Counted from the first letter of the whole stretch, positions 1 to 16,430 are shown. The stretch is DNA of 63,828 nt, filler included, from Octopus bimaculoides (GCF_001194135.2; 5 parts of 4 records of this genome joined end to end with filler, not necessarily neighbours in it), one strand, 5' to 3'. The notes: generated by a model not told the origin, from the sequence alone. Numbers and translations: made by a program.

Positions 1-840
1 TATATATACATACATACATACTTCGATGCATTTTAATGCAGTTAATAATCCCTTACTAAACACAATATTATCGTAAATACTGTTGTGCTTTTAACATTTA
101 TATGTTGTGAAAAATTAAGCCTACCTCATTCACATTATTGTCGTTCTTTTGTTGCCAACTGAAACAGGGAAAAGCAGTCATTACGATTATCTGACAGCAA
201 GCTCACCGTATATATATATATCGTTTTACATCATATCGATGACTGTGTATATTATGTAGTATAGCATCAACAAGTATTAAAGCATTCGATCAGCTATAAG
301 AGTAAAGATAACCTAAAATTAAAAATCACAGCTCTTGAAATTAGAGCTGTCCCATGATTCCTGGTCGAAATAATATTTTATTCCATTGTTTATCAGTTGT
401 CTTTTGAGCAGATAAAATTTAAACAACAGACACTTGTAACGTCGCACTAGATTTCTTATCCAATAAGAGTAATATTGTCAAGAAACATACAACACGATAC
501 GGTCCTAGCATAAATAGTAGCGGAACTTACTACTATCTCCCTTATCATCTATATATTCATTTCCTATTATTCTTCTTCCACTATTCTATTTTCTATTATT
601 TTTATTATGTCTAGTTTTGACAAAATATACAAGAAATTTTCTAAAATTTATGCCATTCACACCTCAAACAAAATGCATTTATTACATAAATCTGTTAATA
701 ATATAAACTTTGGACAATTACTATAATAATATTTATAATAGTATGGGAAAACGCTTTACGAGATCCCAGGTTTATGAGTTTATTTTTCAAGCAAAATGTG
801 CAAATAATGGACGAAGTGCGTAAGTTTCTATTACCTTAAC

Positions 841-898
<58 letters not shown>

Positions 899-2404
899 TC
901 TTAATCACAACTTTCTCACGGAAAGTGAAAATCTAGTAGCAGGTTTTTGTGATATTTTTGTGATGTTCTTGCAGCTTTAATAATAACGCATATTACTCTA
1001 CTTCCGGCATTCGAGTACCATTTTCCCTCTTTTCTGTTTGTGCATACGTGCCTAAATGCATATAACTATATATGATGCTGTATAAATGTGTCTATATGTA
1101 TATTCATGTATACTCATGTATATGGATACATGTGTAGGTGTGTATATATATTTTGTAATTGCTTACTCATAGCTCATATCATATAATTCATACTCTTATT
1201 CTTTCATTTTAATTTTATCTTCATTTCTTATTGCTCATTTGTACAAGGTAAGGATTTTATTGTCTCACTAATATTTTAATGTTTTTCACAGTTAATTTCA
1301 TTTTATTTACATAAAGATTTAATGACAATTTTATTACAACGTAACAAAGAACAAGCAAAGGAGGGATTCTAGCAGAAATTGATGGCTATGGGAATACACC
1401 GCAAAACAAAATTGCGTGTTCAACTGTGATGTCGTTGCTATGATGAATGGTCAGTGATACATGCTGCAGTATCTAACCCAACACGCTATGTTCATCCTAA
1501 GGCGGGACACAGATATGCCTCTTTTGCAGACAAAAATCGGTGGTACTCTGTCTGAGGACACCTGAGGCCTCATCAACCGGAAGAAACCGCTAGTAGCCGG
1601 TCAGGTTCCTATGTTTAATACAATTTTTGTCTCCCTTGCCTTATGGGTGGCGATACTTATGGGTGACGTCTTAGTACATGTCACCTCTCACATAGCGGAT
1701 CCGCTTCCTCATATAGGTAGATGGTTATTCTGTTGTAGCACTTACTGTCACCATCATCGAGACTAACTGGGTCCAGCTGAGACGAGAAGTGAGCCGCGTC
1801 TAGACGATTCTAACCGTGCCATTCAGGGAGGCATGTCACGGGAACCGACCCGTGTAGTCAATTTTTAAAGCTTATTTTTACTGTTTCTAAATTTTAAAAT
1901 AATTCAAAACTTCATGTTTGTTTACCTTTAATTCATACCTGAATTCTTAACTCCTTAAGTTTATTGCTAGCGGACTTTCATCATTAGTACCACACATCGA
2001 TCCTTGGAATCGATCTTTTATCACTCCTCTGTTTACATCTTTTCACTCTGTTTTTCCATTTCTTAATTATTGTGGTGTATCCATTTAGGAGCAGAGCCGT
2101 GTGCTGTTGCAGCCCATTGTCAATTCTTCACATATGTACTTTTCGGAATGTGACTGCGGACTATTGCTTGCATAAAATTACTTGATAATTTCTTTGTACC
2201 ACATGAACTAGTCTAGGATGCAATTCTCTCAAGAACACTTGACCATTTATACTTACATATAACAGTAACAGCACAATATCAATTCTTAATTTCATTTTGT
2301 CGTACTTAATCCTGAATTTTACATCTCTAATCGGATTCTTACTTCATTCACAGCTTCAATTCATTCACTATTCCTACTGTATACATACGTCTTCACTTCA
2401 GGTA

Positions 2405-3285
<881 letters not shown>

Positions 3286-3845
3286 GTGTCTCCTTCCTCA
3301 TCAACTATTTCTTCATCCCCTAACCATACTTCTATCTACTTTGGCCTTGGCAACGTATTATTAGCCCTGTCCAACTTCACGGTTTATTTACATGTTGATC
3401 TTTATTTACTCAGCATATAAGCAAAGCGCAAGCCTGACAGGTGAACAATGCGAGAGCGCATCTTTGATGCCGGTCAGAAAACGTGCCATACCAATAATTA
3501 AAACCGCAAATATTACGTACATTTCCAATAGGAAATTTTGTATGAACTGGCGTTGAAGTCAGAGTCCACACAGAAACAATCGTAACTAATCATGAAAGAT
3601 GCGTTAACGTCATTCTTTATTCCTCTTATTATAATTAAATCTCATTCTTCGCTAAGCCAATATTCTGTGCTTCTACTGTTGTGAAAACTGAATCTTCAAC
3701 ACCTGAGAAATTTCGACATTAGTCTGGAATACTACAGGGCAGATGAGCTAAAGTTGGGGTTGAGCGCAGCATTGGAAATGCCCCATTATTCTACCCCCCA
3801 CCAAGGATCTCATATATATACATATACATACATATACATACAAAC

Positions 3846-3895
<50 letters not shown>

Positions 3896-4384
3896 AATTC
3901 AATGGAACTCCAATTAAGACTGATCTTCAGGCTTTATTATTAGCATTTTTGGCAATTTTATATGAAATGAACTAGTACGTTCATGCGTTACGTTAGGATG
4001 AATCTAACCTTTCATCACTGTGGTCAATTGTGGAAAACTACTGTCAATCCATAAATCTCATGATTGCATAACGCATGAGATTATTAGTTTACTTCTATAT
4101 TGTAAAATTGTAAAACTTGCAAATGATAGAACGTGAAAAATCAGACTTATTTGGGTTTTTTTTGCGGGAGGGAGGGTGTATACATTCTTACATATTTAGA
4201 GAGAGAGATTAGCAGAGAGAGTGAGAGAGAGAGGAGTGATATAGAGGGAAAGAGAGAGAGAGAGGGTGAGGGAGAGACGACAGTAAGAGAGAGAAGAATG
4301 GATGGATGGAGGGAGGGATGAATGGATAGATGAATGGATGGAGGGAGGTATTTTTTCTGTTCATGCAGATTTCTGCTTACTAGG

Positions 4385-4423
<39 letters not shown>

Positions 4424-5464
4424 TATTTCTATGTTGTCAAATAATTTCTGTCGTCGTTAATCGTGATATGACTTTAATGAATTATAAAGAACTAATGACT
4501 AAATATATTAAAGAACAGACAATCATGCTGATATTGAAGTAAGACATAGTGAAGTTGGACAAATATCTCTCCTCGTTTATTTGTTCATATCTTTCATCCT
4601 TTTCATTCGATCAGTAAATGCAAAGTACGATAGCTGCAGGCTATAGTGAGACAATATTTCTTTTAATTAAGCAAGCATCGCAACGCAAGCCCTGCAGGAA
4701 GAAGCAGAAATTGGTTTTGCTATGAGAATCTCAAAAGATCTACCCTCCCATAAAGAAAAATACACAACTAAGATAAATAGCAACAAAATAACAATAAAAC
4801 CAACACTAGAAAATGAAAAAAAAATATTTGCTTTTGCGTATTCTTTCATCTTTCTTCTTTGCTAAAAACTGTTAACGACGGAAAATTTTAAACAAACTGA
4901 TCTGCAGATGCGGTAATGGCAGCATTAGAAATTGCCATTTACTCAGTTCTAAATTAATACTGGATATATCTCATCATTTTATCGTTTATTTTTTATTTTG
5001 TATTTTTACTTATTTGTCGTGTTCCATGTTCTGGTTTATTTTGTTTTCAAGAAATTCTTGAAGTTTTCTTTAAGCATCTATTGATTTTATTTAATGAGGC
5101 GAATGCATGTCTGATTATGTTTGTTCATTAGCCGTCTTAATAACTTTAGACTATGCATAATTCCTATTACAAAACAAAGCGGAATTGTAGCACACACGCA
5201 AATATGGTAATGTATTGAAGATCTCATTATAATTATTTCTCTACTGCGTAAATAAATATTTATTAGCGAGTGTCAGTGTACTTGCGTACGTGTGTGATTG
5301 CGTAAGCGTAAATGCATGCAACGAGGTATGTGCGGGAATATGTGTATGAGTAGTGATTTATTTCAGTTTCTAATTAGAGAGCTGTATATATTTCTCTATA
5401 ACTTTCTATCTGAAATTCTCTCTGTTTTCACTCTCTAGTCACATATATATTCATATATACACGT

Positions 5465-5531
<67 letters not shown>

Positions 5532-6917
5532 TGCATGCATATATTTATGTATGAATGTATGCATGTATGTATTGAGAAGTATAAAAAAGAAAATAACGAG
5601 TTTGTGGGAGAGAAAGAATTAGAGATAGAAGAGCGAGTGTAATGTCCATAGCTTTTGTTCTCTCCCTTATAATCACTGTCAGTTATATTTTTATTCTTCT
5701 GTTATACTCTTTATAGGAGTCGCTGACAAATGAAATTATAGACGAGAATAGATATTTTATTCATGCATTCATGAACAATAGCCTCACTGGATATTTGATC
5801 TCAACGAGATTTCTATTGTGCTAAGTACTGTTTCACTGTAATTTCAAGGAAACAAGTTGCATGAGAATTTTTCACACCCGTCATTTCAATGTTTATATTC
5901 TGAATAGCGCCTCATGACTGACTTCGATATGTTGACTGGCCACTGCACTCTGAGGTCAAGAAACGATATAATGGCATGTCAATATTTTCTGCTGTACAAC
6001 AACGTTTCCTTTCCTGCGAGGTGAAGTAGCTCTGAATCCTGCCTCAAGGGTACTAAGTTTTGTTGCTAACTTTACATTGTTGCATTTACATCACAGAATG
6101 ATTTTATTGTATTTTATTTGCCTGTGTGTGGAAAAAGTTTTCATTTTATTTTATTTGGATGTGTATGGTGAGTATGTGAATTATCCATTGCATCATAAGC
6201 AAATATAATTCCTGATACAACCAGGAAGTGACTCAGCGCCAACTTCCCTCAGCACGAACGGCAAGATAGCTCTCTTAGGTATGATTTTTCTAAATATAGA
6301 CGCTGGTTAAGAGCAGGGGTATGTATTTGGGTTATATGTGCTTCTTAGGTGCACTTCTCAGCATCTATTTCTGTCATAATACTAAAAGTGACAAACTTTC
6401 TCGTCCCTGCCTGCCAACGAAATTCGGCGCATTGATCCTTATGTCAAGTGTGACCATTTTCAAGAGACTTCAGCTGTTCGATCAAGTTTCACAAATCAAT
6501 TCGCCTCCGCATTGCGTGGAAAATATTTAGTATGGTGTTATCACGTGTGAGCATTTGTTATAGGCTCTTCCAAGCTGTGGCGTTTATCTGAAACTGGTAA
6601 TGCCCGAATTTCTACTTGGTTAGGATTACTGGCTGTTAACCTTAGTCGTATTGGCGAAAGCACAGCCAATTGCAAAGCTAAAATATATGCATTATTCAGT
6701 TGTTGGGTTTGCATCATTTGCATTCCAAGCTAGCATATGCATGTAATGCAATAGCATGATTTAAGCAACGACATATTATTTGAAGGAGGAAAAGAACCAG
6801 TTAGCCATAATGACATTGGTATCTCAGACGTATAGAAAAGAAAAGAATGCATTTTGACAGTCTACAGGAATTTATGATATAATTGTGAAATAGCTAGAGA
6901 AAATAGATGTTAGCAAA

Positions 6918-7320
6918 GGTGCAGGAGTGGATGTGTGGTACGTAGCTTGCTTACCAACCACATGGTTCCGGGTCCAGTGCCACTGCGTAGCACCTTGGGC
7001 AAGTGTCTTCTACTATAGCCTCGGGCTGACCAAAGCCTTGTGAGTGGATTTAGTAGACGGAAACTAAAAGAAGCCCGTATATATATATATATTTGGGTGT
7101 TTGTGTAAATTTATGTGTCTGTGTTTGCCGCCCCACCCCATCGCTCGACAAATGATGTTGTGTTTACGTCCGCGTAACTTAGCGATTCAGCAAAAGATAC
7201 CGATAAAATAAGTACTAGGCTTACAAAGAATAGATCCTGGGGTCGACTTGTTCGACTAAAAGCGGTGCTCCAGCATGGCCACAGTCAAATGAGTGAAACA
7301 AATAGAAGATTAAAAGGGTA
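6918..7320 (+). mobile_element. Octopus-type SINE (family A), full length
   Basis: tRNA-like head (gcaggagtgg.tgtgtggta...ggttccgggt), ccttgggcaagtgtcttc core, internal (TA)n and a gtaaaag-like tail. Several copies occur in this window. Confidence 0.85.
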
Positions 7321-8832
7321 AACGAGTAATATTATTCGGAAATTATTTTAGAGAATGAGAGACTAACTCTCGTCAGGGATATGCCAACTCAGTGGGAGAA
7401 CCATTGGAGACGCATAAAATTTACCGTCAAGATTTACCATAACATGAACTGCAAGAAAAGAAATGAAATGGGATAATGACATGGGTTTAGATAATTCAGT
7501 TAGTGAGGTTGTACTGAATAATGCATTTGACCATATTCCGAATTAATTACAGTATGCATATTAGTAAAAAAAGTAAAACAATGTGTTCGTTTTTAGTGAC
7601 ATACAAGAATATAAAGGGAGAATGTAAAGAAATTTCTGGAAAAAAGATAATTAAAATGTTGTAGAAACCTATATATTGGTAATTTGGTAAAACATTTTAA
7701 TATGGATGCACGAAAGTGATTATTAGTCTACGCATTAACCAATATGCGAAATATATGTGAATATAAGAAATGTTTGGAAATACAACTGGACTAAATAATA
7801 TACAATGTAGGTTGAAATATCACAATCAGTGTCCGAAAGTACATTCTGCTTTAAAAGATATCATTTAGTTTTAGAAATAGTTTTCTTTTAAGCCTTGCTG
7901 AAGAGACAGCTGGAGCAATAAATTGTGCTTCATATTAACTTTCTAAACTCCTGTATCTTTTGTTTTGGAACCAGTGTTTTAATCCTAACTTCAAGTTAAT
8001 GTTTCTGAGTTTTCATAGTTTAGAGCTACATAATTTATTCGTATTTCTCATTTAAATAGATCTCACTATTATATAGATAACGTGAAACAATAGGATGAAT
8101 ATGATGTCATAGGTAACGGATGAGTGGAATGCTATAGCAGGGAAGAAAAAAATCAATACAACGAGGCATCTGATAAAAAGAGTCAATATAACTGAAAGGG
8201 AAGATACAGGATGCTCAGGTATTAAAAATTAAATCGTGTGTATTTGATAAAAAGGAACTGATATGGAGGCAGATTCGTAGATGCAACTGACTATGTACAA
8301 CAATAGATAGATGTATATAAATCTCTAGAAGTAAATAGTTAGGAACGTAAATACTGTTTTATTTATATCGGCTGAATTGTATGTTATGTTGGGTTTTAAT
8401 ACTCAGTCATTAAGTTTCATTTATCCATTTATCAATATCATTTTTGAGAAACAATTTTTTGAGGATGCGAGAATTTACTAAAACACATATAGTACATGCA
8501 TACATGTATCTATATGTATCGATATAAATTATGCATGATTCCTATTACAAAATAAAGCGGGATTGTAGCATACATGCAAATATGATAATGTACTCAAGAT
8601 CTCATTATAATTATTTATATATTATAAAAGTTTATATATATAATACAAATAATATATACGTACATGTATGTACATACCTACATCTACATGTATATATAGA
8701 TGCATATCTGGGTACAGAACGTCACAAAGGAACGTGAACAAAATGAAAAACTGAACATAAACAGACCAAAGAAAACACACAGGCCACATAGAGAGTATTT
8801 CCTTCATCAGTTGCCCCTACTCTAAACTAAGC

Positions 8833-8865
<33 letters not shown>

Positions 8866-8868
8866 CAT

Positions 8869-9160
8869 AAGATCGCGATTTCGATTGCCAAACAGGGCGT
8901 TGTGAGTGATTCGTGACCGAAAACACTTAAATCCCCATAAGGCTCCGGCAGGGCTTGTGTCGAACCAAGCTGTAATCTTTAACCCCAACATTCTCTCACA
9001 CTTCTTCCTGTTTCTGTTGTACCTGTATTTTAAACGCTCAGCCTTGTCACACTATGTGCCACGCTGAATTTCCCCGAGAACTACGTTAAGGGTACACGTG
9101 TCTGTGTACGTTAATCTCACGCGCACGCTGTTCCGTTGATTGGATCAACAGGAACTCTCG
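8869..9160 (+). mobile_element. tRNA-derived SINE (family B), 5'-truncated
   Basis: Body homologous to 60125-60440. Confidence 0.75.
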
Positions 9161-9385
9161 GAGTACTGTAGTAATTATGTATATAATATGTATAATTATA
9201 TATATATATATACATATAAATACACACATTCGCTTTTTCTTTTCGTCATTTACTCTTTTCAGTCATTTGACAGCGGCCATGGTAGAACAGCGCCTTTAGT
9301 TTGAGAAATCGGTCCCAGGACCTCTTCTTTGTAAGCTTAGTACTTATGTCTTTTGCCGAACCGGTAGATTGTGGAGAGGTAAACA

Positions 9386-9419
<34 letters not shown>

Positions 9420-9437
9420 NNNNNNNNNNNNNNNNNN

Positions 9438-9490
<53 letters not shown>

Positions 9491-10630
9491 TACATACATA
9501 CACACATACATACATACATACATACATAAATTAAACGAGCGTCACTGTTTTGCTTACAACAAACATTTGGGTGATTGACATAATATTCCCATGTACTCCT
9601 CTTGCGCTTCCCTTATGCGGGGTGATTAGGTGAATACTTTTAATACAATAGACATGACACATTCTTATTCTTTTGCCTTGATGTTATTTTGTAAAATTTG
9701 TTTCATAACTTTCGCATACGGTTATATTTTGTTAGGCGGAAATAATATTCACTCAATTCGCGATAGGTTATTTTATAGAGCCCTGAAAAATAAAAGACTG
9801 ATTCAGTCTTCACAGGATTTGAGACCTAAGAATATGAATATTAAGTAGGCACAGGATTGTTTCTAAGAACGTCTTAAAACGTTTGTCCAAACAATCTGAC
9901 GTAACAGGGCATTTTTGTGAACAGAAAAGATATACCTCAGCTGCAATAACAATAGAGTTAAGTATATAGTTGGAAATAAAGAGAACCTTTGCAACTATTG
10001 TTTACACAGTCGTCAATGGCTAGTTTGAAAACAGATTAAAACGGATTGAAAATTAAATAGCTTTGTTATCTTTTCTCGATAAAAGATCAGCTGATGTAAA
10101 CACATGCTTTCCAATGTTCTAAATCGATAATGGAAAAATTAATCTAGAGTTTTGTTTTTAAAAATTTCGAAAAGTAAATTACAGTAACCAACTGCTTGTT
10201 TTCAACGGTGCATGCTTTGCCGGCAGCAATGCCTGTAACAACAGCTGAAGCAGACAAATATATCTAAGATGAGAAATAGAACGATAAAAAAGAAAAAGAA
10301 AAACTGCTTTGTATATCTCTTTCACGACACTTACGCTTTCGTTTATTATTTTGCAATGGCTTTTCCTCATAATCTTTTTCATACTGATTATTTCAACTTT
10401 GGACTTTCCACCCTATGACATACGACCCTTTATTAATCGATTGTTTATCTTTCTTGAATGCGTCTGACATAATCTTATGAAACAAAGCCTTATAGTTACT
10501 CATGCACACACACACACATACACACACACACACATACGCACACATATTTAAGCAAAGACACATAAACAAATGCTCAAAGATAGAAATACATACATACACG
10601 TATATGTGTGTGCGTACATGTGTATGCATA

Positions 10631-10669
<39 letters not shown>

Positions 10670-10692
10670 GTCAGTGTGTCTANNNNNNNNNN

Positions 10693-10729
<37 letters not shown>

Positions 10730-10899
10730 GTCAGTGTGTCTACGTTTGTGTGTATGTAGGTACATGTGTGTGTCTAAATGTGCCTCTATTAGTGTGTATA
10801 CTTGTTTGCATGTCAGCTTATACATAGAAATATATAATCGGTCTGTATTATAATCAGACAACCATTTTTTTCGCGTAATTCAGTTGTGAATATCCAGCG

Positions 10900-11620
10900 G
10901 CTGATACCCATTGTGTAGTGTCAGACAGAAGTGTCTGGCGGATATATAATCAATATTTTGATAACAGTTATTGGCATATCTTCCCACAGATCATTTTCTC
11001 TTTCAAGACTGTAGCCCTTGTCCAAGAGAAGACTAAAATGTTCTTCTCGTTATCTGGAATGCTACCGGTGTGGAGTAATGCTGATGGTATAACTTCAAGT
11101 GCATAGTTCGATGGAGAGGGAATGCTAGATAATGGTGTTGACGTACAAGTGAATGTTAAAAGTGATGACCAAGATCAACTGAATGCCCAAATCTGGAGGT
11201 TTTTCATGCACGAAATATGGGCAGTTTCTGGTAATAGCTTCCCCAAAACACTGCTGCTAAAGACAGCCATTTCGGGGTAAACTTTGTTAACGTGGTAGCA
11301 ATAAACAATAGAAATATTCTGCATGAACTCTTTCAGCTTGTGGAGGATTTATTTCTAGCAGCTGAGGGAACATATAGAATGTACACGGTTGGGTTTCAGG
11401 TGATATAGGGGCAGAGATTTTGGCACAAAAGTTACCTTTCATTACTCGTTACAGTTGAACAAAAATTCATCACTGTTCTGAGCACAGTAGATACCTGAGA
11501 TTCGAAGGTGTAATTTCCTTCAACATGTGATCGTATCACTGTCTACATGTGTCTCTCTGTCGTAATGAATCCAGAACACAGCAAATTTAACCCATTTCTG
11601 AATTGCAATAAAGAAGGAGA
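10900..11620 (-). mobile_element. Very degenerate L1/Tx1-like LINE remnant
   Basis: Fragments resemble the K.PG.DG and G.IP...K...I...K motifs of the EN-RT linker. Confidence 0.3.
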
Positions 11621-13561
11621 GTATCATTAAGAGTGAAGTTGTATGGCTGAAGGTTTAATTCTTACATGCTGCTATAAAGTTAAGACCAAACTAAAACCTT
11701 CAGCTCCGAAGAAAAACAAATTGAAACCTAATCATGTAGAAGGAGATACAAGTAAGTGTTAGACTTTATGAACATAGCAGTCGCTAGCAGTTTTCCAGCT
11801 CCGAGTAGGAGTAAGTGAAATCGCTAGTTCTAAGATTTAACAGCACTGAGGCTAAAGAGAGATTACAAGGACTCAATGTCTGTTTTCTTTTGTTTTTACG
11901 TTTGTTTTTACTTGCACTGGGTGAGCTAATGTTTATGGTCTACGGCAGAACATCGTTGTCTTGTATGATAGAGAGAAGTGAGACATATATATTAGACGGA
12001 TGTGTATCGCCTAAGAAAATGAGACATGATAGTGACAGATTAAACACTGTACCCATGCAAAGAGATCTATGAATCTTTCACAGTTAAAGCCATATTTTGA
12101 AATATTCAAATATATTTCATTTTTTCAGAAATCATTTTAAAAGATCGTGTGCGACATATTGAGCGCAGATTGATTCAGTTAACGGGTGTTTTTTACTTGA
12201 TTGTGTTAACGATGCTGTTTTCTGTGACCCTTAATCTCTTCCAGATTCATCTGACTCCATAGAATATTATTATATATCACCCTGTATTGAATCTACTGCA
12301 AGTACCTGAAGATGATTCTGGTTGCTGTATACGTATTTGTTGAAATATATCTGTTTATATCACATCATATCAGGTTCAAATTTCAATAGACGTCTCAGTA
12401 AAATTTCTATGGAAAAACACACATTCACAAACTCAATTCACCGGTGTTAGACAATGCACGTTGAATATAAATATGAATATTGATTTACAGATTTCTTTGT
12501 GCCAGTAAATCTAGTAAAGTTATTTAGAACCAGAAAACAGTCGAAAATAGACTTGAGATTATAGGTAAATAGTTTCAAGTACAGGAAGAAATAGCGAAAT
12601 TTGAGTATTGAACTCTTGATTATCCTTTAGTAAAAGACAAATACTCTTACACCAATCCGATGCAATAATTATAACGCACTGAATTTAAGAAAAGAAACGA
12701 GACTTAAAGGGATTATTTTGCTTCTATAAACGCATTTTACTTCTCTCTCTCCACAATTTCCGTCAATGTCTCTATGTCTTCATAATGATATCCGTTTGTA
12801 GACGAATTTATTTCTCCGTTTCTAAAGGATTTCTGTTTTAGTCTGATTTTTTTTATTTTCTTGAAGAATTTCACATCTGCTTTTTTTCCTTGAAATAATT
12901 CAACAAAAGAATGCTTCATTTCTCTTGTCTTGCTTGGAAGGATATTAATATAAGCAAGTTCTAAAAATAAAACCAACATTAGCTTTGATGCGAAAGGCTC
13001 CGGATTTCCTGTATTTAAACACAGTAAAGTAGATATTTAGTGCTTATCGTTACTAAATATATGGGATTCTTATTCAACATTACCAATGTTTATCCTTTAT
13101 TGATTTTTTTCCCCATTTCCTTTAAGCAAAACAATATATCGCTGTGGACTATATTACTGCCTTTTAACTTTTTTCTTTCACAAATAAAAATAAACTATTT
13201 TGAACACTAATATAAAACATAATTCCTTCTCTAAAACAACACTTTCGCTTTATCTAATGATATCCAGTACGGATCGAAGGAATAAACTAGGTGCAATTGT
13301 AAACATTTATATTAATTCTTACGATTTTTCCCTTATCAAATGTAGATCTTTGTTGTCTTTGAAACTCGATTATAATACAACCCTTTGATACTTTACCGAC
13401 AAGCTTAATCCTTATAATGTATAATATGCAAAGTTTATGTATGAATGAAGCAATAGCTTCCGTTAGGATTATGCTATATGTGAGTATTTATACATTACGA
13501 ACATATATGCATATATCTCATATATGCTATATACATATATTTATGTATGCATGTACGCATG

Positions 13562-13602
<41 letters not shown>

Positions 13603-15399
13603 ATATTTATGTATATAAACATATATATATTATGTATATGTTTGTATGGATGCATATACCCATATATAAACAGATACTTATGTACATTATTTAAACATAA
13701 ACAATGGGACGTTTTTAAGTATGCTGACCACTAATTCACATTGATATTATTTGATAACATTATTTAACAATGTTAATATCTACTCTTATTATGTACATTA
13801 TGTTACATTTAGATCATTGATAATTTCTTCACATAGGTGAAATTGTGACGTAAGTTGCTGAATAAAATTTAACGTTCTCTAATTATCATGTATTTTGTCT
13901 TTCAAAACACACATAATCTTATAGAGTAACACATATATATGCATGTACATGTATAGATAGATGGATAGATAGACAGACAAACAAACAGACAGACAGAGTA
14001 ACAGACACACAAACAGACCGGTAGATATATATTTTTGAAGATTTAAAAATGTCTTGTTCACCGGAATAAAGAAAATGAGGTTATGAATCAGTGACTGTAA
14101 TTATAATAGGCCACGGACCAAAATGCAGATTAATATTTATGAATGCGTTTAGATTATCCCCCAGAATATCAGCACTATATTAGCATTATTACTCGAGTTT
14201 TAATCTTAGCACTTGTGTATAATATTATATGGAAGTCTTCCGTAATATTCATGTACGTGGTTATTTCCAAATTCAATATAATCTAATGCAATCATAGTTT
14301 ATCTTGTAAAATTGAGAAACACTCCAATATCATCTCATTACGCATATATTATTATTCTTCATTGCGAGAAAATGGAATTTCTGTTCCCATCAATACTGAA
14401 AGATATCGTTTCTTAACTCCTAATATTCGCATGCAATAAACCTACCACTATCACAATTGTCTCACTAATACCGATGCGATAATTTACGCAAAAGCGTAAA
14501 GTATAGTTTCATATTTGTCAAATACATTGCAAATGTTTACTGATGGGGGATGATAAGTACTTCTTTGATTATTATAACACTAGAAGTAACAGTAAGGTCT
14601 GTATATTAATTCACGTTAGAATTACTATTTTTCGGATCTATATTATATCATTTTATCTCAATAAAGATGCAGTAGTAATTTTACAGTGTTTCCCTCTATT
14701 GTTCCAGAGTGCATGTGTTTCTTACAGGAAGGAAAAATTGAATGCCATTGTGTAATATGCAAATATTTATCCATAGCTAACACCATCGATATACGATAAA
14801 GCAAAAGTAGATCCTGAATATCAGCTGTACTTGATATTTCATAATTGCAGGACAAATATCATCACTTCATCACTTCAAAGCTTAGCTATGAGGTTATCAA
14901 GCTTTTGGATGGATGAACTACTTTTCACAGAATATCAACGATATAGCTTTTTTCTTAATATGTTTGTCCTCATAGACAATGAGAATGGTGTGCGTGTAAC
15001 AGTAATAACGTATAAGATATGTAAGTTAATCTGAAATATAACTCTGAAATATATATATATCACTGTCTCTATGGCATTGTACGTGCTGATTTCGCTCGAT
15101 CTAATATGACCTTGTTATTCAGTATATGTATCCAGGTACATCATATTTGATCCAATCACTGTGTTATTAAAGGAAATGTATATTATTAATAAAAATACAG
15201 GAAATCAATAAACCAAAAATAATATTTACAGAGTAAAGGACTGACACTCGGTAATCTCAAATATCATTTAATAGTATATGATAAATGAATTGAATTTGAA
15301 ACTATAATTAGCGTAACTGCAATAATTGTAAAGCACCAAATGAATGCTTTAAACCGAAACATGCTCTTACAATGTTATTTGCATTTCAAATCATAAAGA

Positions 15400-15745
15400 A
15401 GTCGTCTGGCTACAAATATTTACCAGAAAAGATAGTAAAGAATATTGATAAACTGCAAATTCTGAAATAGCACTACTGGACATAGTAGAATAGATATCAC
15501 TATTCATGGAACGCAAAGGAGTATGTGTAATAACAGACATTGCAATTGCTTCAGAGAAAACTATTTCAAACACAGCTGCAAGGAAACATCGGAAGATAAG
15601 CTTATTTGAACGTAGAACTATCAAAAACGGGTATATGTGCAATTTCAATCTACAAGCAGAAGTGGGTTTAGACAACATCTCTAAACGGTACAGCGCTCAT
15701 ATTGTCAGAAAGGGATTTTCTCTTTAAGTCTTTAAGTCGTCTATT
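15400..15745 (+). mobile_element. Degenerate Dong/R4-like LINE, REL endonuclease region
   Basis: Translations YLPEKIVKNIDKLQIL and KGVCVITDIAIASEKTISNTAARKHRK resemble the REL PD..D(I)A motif region. Followed by (CTA)n/(TAA)n. Confidence 0.55.
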
Positions 15746-15805
15746 ACTACTACTATCTAAGCTGCTACTGCTGCTGCTGCTGCAACCACTACAACTACTA
15801 TTATG

Positions 15806-15820
15806 CATAATAATAATAAC

Positions 15821-15889
<69 letters not shown>

Positions 15890-16009
15890 AAGAAGAAGAA
15901 GAAGAAGAAGAAGAAGAAGAAGAAGAAGAAGAAGAAGAAGAAGAAGAAGAAGAAGAAGAAGAAGAAGAAGAAGAAGAAGAAGAAGAAGAAGAAGAAGAAG
16001 AAGAAGAAG
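15806..16009. repeat. Compound microsatellite (TAA)n(GAA)n, about 50 GAA units
   Basis: Directly visible. Confidence 0.97.
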
Positions 16010-16145
16010 CGTTAAGGACAAATTATGATTATATGAAGTCCCGAAGAGATCACACTACCAATAACAACAAATGCAGAATGCGTGGTGAGACGGGCGAAAC
16101 GCACATCGTTAGTGAATGCTCGAAATTGGCATAACGTGAATACAA
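16010..16145 (+). mobile_element. Dong/R4-like LINE fragment, CCHC zinc-knuckle region
   Basis: ALRTNYDYMKSRRDHTTNNNKCRMRGETGET-HIVSECSKLA*REY, directly after (TAA)n(GAA)n. Confidence 0.65.
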
Positions 16146-16430
16146 CACATGGTTATGATGCCTCCCGACTACTTCCACTCATGATCAGAGGTACACATAT
16201 CGTGAACCACTAAAAGACATGCTCAACTGATTAAGGTCAATCAACTGACAAACAAAATTATGGTGTTGAGCAGAAAATTTGCTGGAGCCCATCTTATATA
16301 CCATGAAAAAACAATGTACATGATAACACATCCAATCAGTTAAGATCAAAAACCATGGATCAGGGCATCATTCTTCGCCTTTGTGGCAAATAAATTAAAT
16401 CATTGTCATTGTCATTATCATTATCATTAT

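Noticed and set aside
8790-8815. Hammerhead on the minus strand (ggcaa CTGATGA AG GAAA tactc)
   Set aside because: No stem II between the core halves, and no stem I partner after the putative cleavage site.
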